Positions 28,105 through 36,478 of a stretch of DNA of 64,000 bases are shown here, piece by piece (positions within the stretch are counted from its first letter, which is position 1; every line of letters begins with the position of its first letter). A program made the position numbers and the translations under genes. The notes beneath the pieces were generated by a model that ran no database searches, was not told the origin of the DNA, and saw nothing but the letters and a program-made list of their open reading frames with translations. Source of the DNA: an uncultured virus (IMG/VR IMGVR_UViG_3300044637_001924) (Duplodnaviria > Heunggongvirae > Uroviricota > Caudoviricetes). The DNA is taken from the IMG/VR virus record IMGVR_UViG_3300044637_001924; one strand, given 5' to 3'.

Positions 28105-30861
28105 TCAAAAACTAAACATGCTGTCAAAAGTTTCGTTGTTTTTGGCATCTTCAAGATTCCAGTGCAATACACCCAACAAGTTTTCCAGTTTCTTGTCCAA
28201 AATTGTGGCCTCCATAAGAGCGTTGTCAAAAGGCATAGACTTGAACCAATCAGGAAGATACAGTTGATCTACAGGGTATGCAACAGATGTCATACCCAAA
28301 GGGTTTGATCTCAGCTTACAGACAATCACCTTTTGCCCGTCTTGAATTCGCATTGATCCATAATCGTTGTAGATCTCACACAATAGGTTCCAGTTTAGGC
28401 TCGCAAGGACATGGCCCGGAATAGTTTTTCTTTTCCCAGTGTCTTTGTTGAGGTCAACGCTTTCCTGAGCTTTCTTAATCATGCCATATTGAGTAAGGTT
28501 ATTCACCCTTTTGGGGCTGCCTTTTGCCCAGCTGGGCCATTGGCTGAACTCTGTGCGGAACTCCTTGATGCGCGTGAAAATGCTGTCTTTGTCAACCTCA
28601 GTCAAAACCAAAGTTAAAATCTCACTCAAGAAGTCCTGGACTGGTTTTGGTGTATCACTTCTCTTGAGATCAAGCCCCATAACTTTGATCTCACCTGGCT
28701 TGCCATCTACATCCTTTCGCTTGCCTTCTTTGTCGTAGATCATCACAGCATACCGTTTTTTGGTAATGAACAATCCATGGCTTGCTACTAGTTCACGGCC
28801 AGCTTTGATCACACTCCTGGATTCAGGTACATTGAATGCCTGTTTCATAAATCCAGGAAAGCTTTGGTTAGTGATGTCTGCAACTTGATCATACAGTTGC
28901 ACCACTGCTTCACGACTCCAATCAAAGCTTTTGAAGTCTTCAAGCTGGCTCATTACTGGATATGCGCTAAAATAAATGCTGTCGGTGTCGCCATATATGA
29001 CAGCATCACCTTTGTAGTGATATTTCCCTGATATTACCTCATTGATCTTACTACCCATGTGTTTGACGATACATCTACCTGTTAAAGTAGTACTTTGTGC
29101 AATACGGTTGTCAAACCACGATGAGCTAGAATTTCCGATAGCTCCATAAAGTGAATTTAGCAAAATTTTCTTAATCAACTGCCTTCTGTCATAAAAATCA
29201 GCTTTTTCTTGATACTCACTCTTCTTAGAGGGATTAGGTTCTTCATCAGCTTTTTTGAAACATGCTTTGGCTTCTGCCTGCAACTCCTTTCTCTCACCAT
29301 ACCAGCGGGCCAGCAAGCCTGGTACCACACCTTCCTTGTTGAGATCAAAAATAGTGCCATTGGCACTGAGCGTCATTTGCTTTTTGGGATTTTCAAAAAT
29401 CCATTGATACAGTTCGTCAGCACTGAGTTCCACAGTGGTGCCGTCTTCAAAGTCCACAGTCAGCATAACCATTTCCCTATTCATCACTTGGTTATACTCA
29501 ATAATGCCAAACATCTCGTTCCAACTGTCAGCAAAAGTGCGTTTTTCCTTTTGCATCCTGTGTTGAATCAAACGATCATTACCCACAGGGCGGATTTGCC
29601 CCACTACTGTTTCCTTGCTCATGTTCAAACTTCGAATAGCACTGGGATATAGACTGTTGATGTCTACACCGCCAATCCATTTGTGCATGCCTTCAACTGG
29701 GTCAGCCACATATGCACCAGCAATACCATTGGGCTCAATGTCTTCACCCTGATCGTCTTTCATGATTTCAGGATTGTCTCTACGTCGAGTAGGAACACAT
29801 AAGCCAAGATCATGTGCTTCGTTAGTAATGGCATTGTCAATAAGCTGTACTGACCCCATTGTTGTTTGGATCAACACTCCGTTTGTGTGTGCTAGATCAT
29901 TGCTTAGATCAATGAATTTCAGCTTGCGATCAATTTTCACCAACAGCATAACGTCTTGCCTGTTATAGGCAATGAACTTTTCAAAGTCTTCGTTATAGAG
30001 CTTGTCCAAGCTGCCTTCGTAAGCTATCTTCTTGTCGCCCACTTCATACTCGCCCACAAAGTCCAGTCGATAACTGTGCATCTCGTGATAGGTATGCTTG
30101 CGGTACAGTTGCAGATAGTCAAGATGGACTCTGCCCACTAGATCAAAAGTAATAGTGGGCTTGCCATAGCTTTCATACTCCCTTTTCTTGGGAAATTTGT
30201 TCCAGAGACACAGCCTTTTAGTGTGCTCCTTACTCAAAATTTGAATGATACGATTGTGCAAATAGGGAATATCATAACCCTCTGAATTCCAACCTGTGAG
30301 AACATCTGCATCCTCAATGAGGGTGAGAAACACATCCAATAGCTCAGTTTCATTGCTACACAGCACAGTGTCTTCAAATTTGTCCACAACTGCTGATGCT
30401 TGCTCTACTGTGAGTGTTTTGGGTTTGAGGACAAGAGTAAAGTTTTTGCCCAGCCAACTCAAATATACAGATACTGCTGTAATGGGATTGAACGCCTCGT
30501 CAGTTGACGAGAAGCCCCGATCAGGATCAAAATCAGTTTCCAAGTCAAAAAACGCCACATGCAACTGTGGACTTGCTGTATTTTTGTAATGTTCATAAAA
30601 ACAACGGAAAATGGGATTGCTATCACTTTCATATTGTTGTGTTTTTGGAACCAAGCGACACTCTCTTTGAAACTCTTCCCAACGATTGGTTTCAAATTTA
30701 TCCAGCCGTTCACCATAAATGCTAGTGTATTTTCCACGCTCACTGGGAAAATACATTACGTATTTGCTGGGATATGTGTTGTAGACTCGTTTGTGGTTTA
30801 CACGCTCCACAACTTGAATACAGTGTTTGTCTTTCTCCAAAATAGCATCAACATACGTCAT
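28105..30861 (-). CDS. Family B DNA polymerase (gp43-like)
   Basis: Exonuclease FDLET, GWNSEGYDIPY, YNRQDV; polymerase DINSLYPS, KILLNSLYG, YGDTDS, KKRY. Confidence 0.97.
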   Translation of the reverse strand: MTYVDAILEKDKHCIQVVERVNHKRVYNTYPSKYVMYFPSERGKYTSIYGERLDKFETNRWEEFQRECRLVPKTQQYESDSNPIFRCFYEHYKNTASPQLHVAFFDLETDFDPDRGFSSTDEAFNPITAVSVYLSWLGKNFTLVLKPKTLTVEQASAVVDKFEDTVLCSNETELLDVFLTLIEDADVLTGWNSEGYDIPYLHNRIIQILSKEHTKRLCLWNKFPKKREYESYGKPTITFDLVGRVHLDYLQLYRKHTYHEMHSYRLDFVGEYEVGDKKIAYEGSLDKLYNEDFEKFIAYNRQDVMLLVKIDRKLKFIDLSNDLAHTNGVLIQTTMGSVQLIDNAITNEAHDLGLCVPTRRRDNPEIMKDDQGEDIEPNGIAGAYVADPVEGMHKWIGGVDINSLYPSAIRSLNMSKETVVGQIRPVGNDRLIQHRMQKEKRTFADSWNEMFGIIEYNQVMNREMVMLTVDFEDGTTVELSADELYQWIFENPKKQMTLSANGTIFDLNKEGVVPGLLARWYGERKELQAEAKACFKKADEEPNPSKKSEYQEKADFYDRRQLIKKILLNSLYGAIGNSSSSWFDNRIAQSTTLTGRCIVKHMGSKINEVISGKYHYKGDAVIYGDTDSIYFSAYPVMSQLEDFKSFDWSREAVVQLYDQVADITNQSFPGFMKQAFNVPESRSVIKAGRELVASHGLFITKKRYAVMIYDKEGKRKDVDGKPGEIKVMGLDLKRSDTPKPVQDFLSEILTLVLTEVDKDSIFTRIKEFRTEFSQWPSWAKGSPKRVNNLTQYGMIKKAQESVDLNKDTGKRKTIPGHVLASLNWNLLCEIYNDYGSMRIQDGQKVIVCKLRSNPLGMTSVAYPVDQLYLPDWFKSMPFDNALMEATILDKKLENLLGVLHWNLEDAKNNETFDSMFSF

Positions 30862-31026
30862 CCAAAACTCCATAATCCATATAAATTCAACCCTGTATAA
30901 AACAACATCATTACAGCGAGTAATAGATTCTTACGCAAAATACTGCTGATGGTCAAGGCTACACTGCCAAACAACCAAAACAAATACAATGTGCTCAAAG
31001 GTAATATTTGAAAGGCTTAAACGGCG

Positions 31027-31107
31027 ACAGCCAGCAGTATGCTGGCTGTACCTAAAATCTCCAAAAAAAACATTACAATCCATTTAGATCTTTGAGTCAA
31101 AGATCTA
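31027..31107. promoter_or_regulatory. Two perfect 10-bp hairpins upstream of the polymerase gene
   Basis: acagccagca/tgctggctgt 31027-31049; tagatctttg/caaagatcta 31085-31107. Confidence 0.6.
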
Positions 31108-31137
31108 TAAAAATGTATCCTTGCTTTGAGTGCAGCC

Positions 31138-31413
31138 TTAGGAAACACCTGCTGCTTTTAGCACTTCTTCAACACTGTCCAGCTGTGTTTGAAGATCGTT
31201 CAAAGTGTCTTGATTCTGCTGGCTCATCTTGTAGGCGGTTCGGATAGCCATGTTTAGGATCTTTTTGTCAATATCCAGTTCCTCACTTACTGATCCCACT
31301 TGGTCTTTTAGTCCCTCTTTGAGGGTAGCAATCTCGCGCAACACATCAATACCTGAATTCACAAGGGCCATAATCTTTGAGCGATCATTTGGTCCTAGAG
31401 TGCCGATACCCAT
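31138..31413 (-). CDS. Small dsDNA-binding protein (T4 DsbA/GapR-like)
   Basis: Helical 91 aa with EI..LKEGLKD....EELDIDKKILN.AIR pattern. Confidence 0.55.
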   Translation of the reverse strand: MGIGTLGPNDRSKIMALVNSGIDVLREIATLKEGLKDQVGSVSEELDIDKKILNMAIRTAYKMSQQNQDTLNDLQTQLDSVEEVLKAAGVS

Positions 31414-31469
31414 CTACTTTTGCTCCACGTTTGTTGTATGCCATGATTGTGTGGCAGACAGCACATGTG

Positions 31470-32465
31470 TCAAACAACAATAAGGCTGCTGGCTTGGACT
31501 CCATTGTTATATCCAATGAGGGAGAATTCTTGTGTGCTCTGGGCTTGCCAAGGAGTTTTGAATCCAGTGTACTGGTTCAACATGCCTCCAACAGAAAAGT
31601 TAAATGACTCTTGGCTTGTTAAGGGGTTTTGGAAATTAGCTACGTCCTGGAATCTATAGCCCTCTTGTGTAGTGCTCCGCCAATTCAAAGCTGTGTCGTT
31701 GAACCAAACTGTAGATCCTGACAGTGCAACAATAGCTTCTTTGCCCAGTGTGGATCGGTATAATAACCGCGTAAATGGTTTGGATTTGCCTTGATCTTTT
31801 AAATTATCAAACAATGTCCATTCTGTGCTTGTGGTTTGAAAATCGTTGGTATAGGCTATCCAGCCTTTGCCGCCCAGCCAAACTTTTACACTACTTCCTA
31901 CGTGGGCTTCAATACTGTAAATACCGCCAGGGATAATATCTGGAAGTAGTATTCTTGTCCAAGAGTCAGTGTTGTCTTCACTATAGATTACCACAGGCTG
32001 TCGCAGATGATTTGTGCAGCCCACAGCAATCCATTTTCCTAGGCCCAAGTGTTTGATATCAAACAAAGTCATGGGTTCTTGATAACTGACAAATTTTCTG
32101 ACCCAAGTTGCTGGACCACCATTTCCAGACACTGCGACAAATCCAGTTTCTGCAAGGTTACTGAAGTTTTTTTCATGTCCCACAACTGTGAACAATCCTT
32201 GTCCCCATGTGATTTTGTTAACAAGCCAACTTTTGTTTTCAGGAGTGTAGGAATACCAATTTACACCATCACCACTTACTGTGAAGTCTCCAAAATTTGT
32301 AGCACCAACCCACGTATTGTTTCCATACGCCATGGATTGTATGCTGCCCAGTCCATTGACTGGACTATTGCCTGTAGTCCAGCCTAATTCATTGGTAGAG
32401 AAGGCATATAATGCCCTGCTGTACCACCGTGTGGGATCCATACCAAAACTATACAAAGTTGCCAT
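31470..32465 (-). CDS. Beta-propeller-like putative virion protein
   Basis: YGNNTWVG, SGDGVNW, YSEDNTDSW (BNR/Asp-box-like); TAAATA at 32473-32478. Confidence 0.6.
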   Translation of the reverse strand: MATLYSFGMDPTRWYSRALYAFSTNELGWTTGNSPVNGLGSIQSMAYGNNTWVGATNFGDFTVSGDGVNWYSYTPENKSWLVNKITWGQGLFTVVGHEKNFSNLAETGFVAVSGNGGPATWVRKFVSYQEPMTLFDIKHLGLGKWIAVGCTNHLRQPVVIYSEDNTDSWTRILLPDIIPGGIYSIEAHVGSSVKVWLGGKGWIAYTNDFQTTSTEWTLFDNLKDQGKSKPFTRLLYRSTLGKEAIVALSGSTVWFNDTALNWRSTTQEGYRFQDVANFQNPLTSQESFNFSVGGMLNQYTGFKTPWQAQSTQEFSLIGYNNGVQASSLIVV

Positions 32466-32471
32466 TTCAGC

Positions 32472-33587
32472 TTATTTAACCGAGGGAAATTTGCCATTGC
32501 TTTGAGTTTGAGGAGGAACTCCTCCTGCTGTGACTTTGTTGAGAAATTTCCGGGCTTGTTTTTGAACAGCATCAGGTCCCACATCGGTGGTAGTGTTCAC
32601 ACCTTTAACTATCTTGCCCACACCAGCTGTTTCGCCAAGACTGGGTTTGAGAATCAAGTAGCCATCTGTTCCTGGCGAGAGAGAGTAGGGAAAACTCTCT
32701 TGCTTGGTTACCCAAGTCCAACCCAGATGTCTTGCTAATTTTGGTGCCATACTCTTATAACGCTTTTTCCTGCTCGGGGCCCAAGCCTGGAACCAAAGTC
32801 CATTTACAGGTAAGGTTTTTTGATGATCAATAGCATACTTGAGAAGTTGAAACACAGCACTGAAGACTTTAAAGGCTGAACCTGTGCCACTTATGTCCAT
32901 GCCATACTCTGTGTGCCTAAATTCCACCTCGTAAATACCCCTCTTCTGAGGCTCTTGCAATCGAGACATTCGAAGCTCGTATTCGTTGCCATCAATTTCA
33001 AACAAAAAATCAATATAGCTGTCGCCTTCTGTTTTTATCTTCCATTTATCCCGGGGAAGTTGGTAATCAAAAGCCTCTTGCAATTTTGGTTGAACTATTG
33101 CACTGGGCTTATATACAACAAAGTCACTTGTGTCAAAATCAAAATATACTTTGGCACCAGCTCTCTGCGCCAACATTTGACCCAATGCGCTATAGAGCTT
33201 GTTCCTGCTGCCGCGTCCACCAATAAAAGTCAAGTAGTCCCATTCATGAGATCCAAGCCAACCAAAGAGGCGTCGCACCAATTCTTTCCACAAGGGTATG
33301 GCCTTAAGGCCCATTGTGCCAGTTTGTTCTATTTCCCCATCCACTGTCCATAACCAAACATAGCCCTTGGCTTGTGGATTGGGCTCTAAATCACTGGCAG
33401 CCAATGCATCCTGTAAGTCTTTTTGATTTTTATCTTGAGTAAGTCTTTGTTCGACTAAATGGTCATCATACTCAAAGCTTGTAATATATCTTGAAACTGA
33501 GCCCACATTGTCTTGTTGCCATTTGGTTGTCAATGGCTGATAAGCTTCTAGCAACTTCTTTAAGGGCACTAAATGGTAAATTCTCAT
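32472..33587 (-). CDS. Modular polyprotein C with two 'TG..A..F....SRxxxY' domains and a C-terminal module
   Basis: Modules bounded by KLLE/A, KLQE/A and SLGE/T. Confidence 0.75.
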   Translation of the reverse strand: MRIYHLVPLKKLLEAYQPLTTKWQQDNVGSVSRYITSFEYDDHLVEQRLTQDKNQKDLQDALAASDLEPNPQAKGYVWLWTVDGEIEQTGTMGLKAIPLWKELVRRLFGWLGSHEWDYLTFIGGRGSRNKLYSALGQMLAQRAGAKVYFDFDTSDFVVYKPSAIVQPKLQEAFDYQLPRDKWKIKTEGDSYIDFLFEIDGNEYELRMSRLQEPQKRGIYEVEFRHTEYGMDISGTGSAFKVFSAVFQLLKYAIDHQKTLPVNGLWFQAWAPSRKKRYKSMAPKLARHLGWTWVTKQESFPYSLSPGTDGYLILKPSLGETAGVGKIVKGVNTTTDVGPDAVQKQARKFLNKVTAGGVPPQTQSNGKFPSVK

Positions 33588-36478
33588 ACTTTTATAAGGT
33601 TTCCTTTGAGATCTGTGATAGTAATCCTATCAATACTTACAGGTGTTACCTGACAATTGGGCAGCAAATTATCTCTATCTGAAGGCTGCATGGTATCTAC
33701 TGGCATATATGCTCGTGCAGTTTTATCCTCAGGTGTTATTTCCCAACTTAAGATGTATTTGCCAAACCAATCATGCTCACCAACATCAAAAAATATAGCA
33801 ATAACTGGAGTGAAAGGATATTCCACAGTGCTATATCGGCCAAATTCTCTAGCACCAGTCTCATCATATTTTGGTTTCAGTCCGCCTGACTTTATTATAC
33901 TTGTAAGCTTATTGGTCATATGGTATACTCGCTGGCCCACAATACTTTTGCCTGGATATAAATTATATTGGGAATATTGCATGCCAGGCTCATACCAAAT
34001 ATTTGCTCCAGGACGCAAACCTTTGTAACTTAAACTTTCGTCCAAGTTAGTGAATGATGCAAGCTTGTCCTGCTTGACAATTGCAAAGCTTTTGTTAGTG
34101 TGCAACACTGTGCTATCAGCAGGTGCCAACTGTTTTGCCAGCCGGAGATAGAGCTTGTTGCGGCTGCGCTCATCCCCACTGAAGTTGATGTAGTCCCAGC
34201 TGTGGGTCTGGAAAAACCATTTGAGTTTTCGTATAATCAAATCAAATAATTGGGCACTTTTTTGGTCAAACATACCTGTTACAGAGATGCTGTGATCTAC
34301 AGAGAAGGACACTTCATATCCAACCCAGTTTTCTGGCACTTGCTTTTGCAAGATAGTTTGAAGCTCATAAGAAGCGTCTTTTACGACTGCTATTTGCACT
34401 TCACTGCCAGCAAATTCAAATTCAGTGTAGTGGGTTGAACCGCCCTTTATTGATTGCCAATCTCCAGGAAGTGGCTTGCCTTTAAAAACTTCATCCAGCT
34501 CTTGAGATTTTGCTGCCAACAAATGGTTTTTGATCAGCAGGAACCAATCTCCAAATTGCATTGGCTCTGAATCAAGTCCTGGAGATATCTGACTCAATAT
34601 TTTAGTATATACTCTTTGTCTACTGTCCCCAGCACCTGCGAAGACCAAATAGTCCCATTCTATATTTTGTAGTAGTCCTATGATTTTTCCTACAACAATT
34701 GAAATTACATTCGCTGCACCTGTGCCTAGTAAGCCTGTTGGATCAGTTTCGCCATCTACCCTGAATATTATTTCTCTGCCAACCAGGTTTGCTCCAGCCT
34801 CTATGTTTTTCTTCATCAACACATAGGCACCAGATTGGGCCCAATCCCGACTCACACTTATTGTGATCTTATATCCTTGAAGATCAAACTCTGTTTCAAA
34901 CATTTCTGCGTCGCCGCTTCCATATTTTTTCCAATCGCCTGGAATATGCTCACCACTTATGATTTCATCAACTCTAGTTGCTCCGCCGCAATGTTTGTTT
35001 TGAAACCAGTTGGCTTGGCGTTTGTCTAGAGTTGTAGCACCCTGGCGTGTTTTGAGTTTTTGTGTTTTGTCACATGTGACACCTCCGCCATACAGTCTGG
35101 TGATTTTGGATTTGAGAGTGCCAGGCGCACCTTTGCGCTCTGTTAACAATGTATCAACAGGCATTTTCTCCCAATGCAGCCATGCTGATGGTGCAACTTG
35201 GTTGTGCACACCAGGATCGTATTCTACAACCTTTCCTCGGTATATCTCCCTTATTTGATTCGCTGGTATAGAGCCTTTGACTCCCACTTCATGTGATCCT
35301 GTGCCTTGCACATGCACAATTTTTGATTCATCAGGTTTGGGCACTGCAATTACCCATGCTGGATTGTCCCAGTTGGCTTTTTGATTCCATGGTGCAAAAC
35401 TATGAGCATAAGTTTCAGCTGACCTGGGTTCAGTTGAAAAATAGGTTAAGCCCTGTTGCCCAGCCAAGTTATACTCGCCTTTGCTTTGTATCACTCCTGT
35501 TTTTTTGATATTTTGAAATTCATGATTACTCATGCCCCTATACACTAGGTTGGGATTTGGAGTTATGTTTAAATTGGCACGCAAATGAGATTTGGGAACA
35601 AGCTGATCTTTTACGGCGATGACTTTGCCATCATCGTCTTCAAGTGGGTCACTTTTGATGTCAAAATAATTGGGATCATATTCGCCCAATCTACCTCTCC
35701 AGGTTACACGGTATGTGTCTCTTTTGTTTTCATTTTCTTCTGAGAGACTTTTTTGAGTCTTTAACAGCAGTTCAAAAAACGGGCCAGATACACTAGTGTT
35801 TGCTCTCTGTGGTACAAGACGCAGGTTGAGTGCTTCAATCCATTCAGGTTTGATGTGCCTAGCACGCAATCCACCGACAAAAAACAAATGAGTTTCAACA
35901 GGTGCATCGCCTTCAGTTTCTAGGACCGCATACATTCTGTTGCGGCCTTCGTGCCCAATTACTCTTGCGGATTTATTATAACGACCTTTTTCCCATTCTA
36001 TTGGTATGTCTAAGACCAGCCAAGGACTGGCCATTCCCTGCCCTTGATCTAGTTGCTGTTTGATATAATCCACACTCCCAGCATGTTCTCTTGACAAAGG
36101 GCTAGCCAATTTCAAAAATACACTGGGCTTCATCGCGACTCTCAAGCCAAGATAATCCACATTCTTATTGTCAGGCACTTCCCCAATGCCACTCACATTG
36201 TCGATTTTTACTTCATTTAGCAGGGCAAACAGCTCTATCAGAAGAGCTTCTTGAGCAGGCTTTTTCTCAAGTTTGCTCAATTTCTTGTAATAGTTAAGAT
36301 CCTCACCCAAGTGATCCAAGGCTATTTCTCGCGCCACACTCCGCAACCGGGTGTGTTCCATCTCCACTTTGATGCCCTGTGCCAGCTGTTTCTCCACAGA
36401 GTCTGTTGACACTTTGTATTTTTTAGCCAGCTCAGCTACGCTACTGGTAGGCTTGTTCAATAGGTCATTCAGTTTCAT
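33584..36478 (-). CDS. Modular polyprotein B: DUF5661-like, ParB-like, ART-like, small basic module, two SRxxxY domains, second ART-like domain
   Basis: GIKVEMEH..IALDHL.E...YY; GHEGRNR; YRG..YFST..HEV; VYHMT..I..GGL.P; linkers LLNE, LSEE, LLTE, RVDE, ELDE, NLDE. Confidence 0.8.
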   Translation of the reverse strand: MKLNDLLNKPTSSVAELAKKYKVSTDSVEKQLAQGIKVEMEHTRLRSVAREIALDHLGEDLNYYKKLSKLEKKPAQEALLIELFALLNEVKIDNVSGIGEVPDNKNVDYLGLRVAMKPSVFLKLASPLSREHAGSVDYIKQQLDQGQGMASPWLVLDIPIEWEKGRYNKSARVIGHEGRNRMYAVLETEGDAPVETHLFFVGGLRARHIKPEWIEALNLRLVPQRANTSVSGPFFELLLKTQKSLSEENENKRDTYRVTWRGRLGEYDPNYFDIKSDPLEDDDGKVIAVKDQLVPKSHLRANLNITPNPNLVYRGMSNHEFQNIKKTGVIQSKGEYNLAGQQGLTYFSTEPRSAETYAHSFAPWNQKANWDNPAWVIAVPKPDESKIVHVQGTGSHEVGVKGSIPANQIREIYRGKVVEYDPGVHNQVAPSAWLHWEKMPVDTLLTERKGAPGTLKSKITRLYGGGVTCDKTQKLKTRQGATTLDKRQANWFQNKHCGGATRVDEIISGEHIPGDWKKYGSGDAEMFETEFDLQGYKITISVSRDWAQSGAYVLMKKNIEAGANLVGREIIFRVDGETDPTGLLGTGAANVISIVVGKIIGLLQNIEWDYLVFAGAGDSRQRVYTKILSQISPGLDSEPMQFGDWFLLIKNHLLAAKSQELDEVFKGKPLPGDWQSIKGGSTHYTEFEFAGSEVQIAVVKDASYELQTILQKQVPENWVGYEVSFSVDHSISVTGMFDQKSAQLFDLIIRKLKWFFQTHSWDYINFSGDERSRNKLYLRLAKQLAPADSTVLHTNKSFAIVKQDKLASFTNLDESLSYKGLRPGANIWYEPGMQYSQYNLYPGKSIVGQRVYHMTNKLTSIIKSGGLKPKYDETGAREFGRYSTVEYPFTPVIAIFFDVGEHDWFGKYILSWEITPEDKTARAYMPVDTMQPSDRDNLLPNCQVTPVSIDRITITDLKGNLIKV

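Noticed and set aside
28105..30861. Intein or intron in the DNA polymerase
   Set aside because: Length is normal for a gp43-like enzyme, motifs are contiguous and no splicing motifs were seen.
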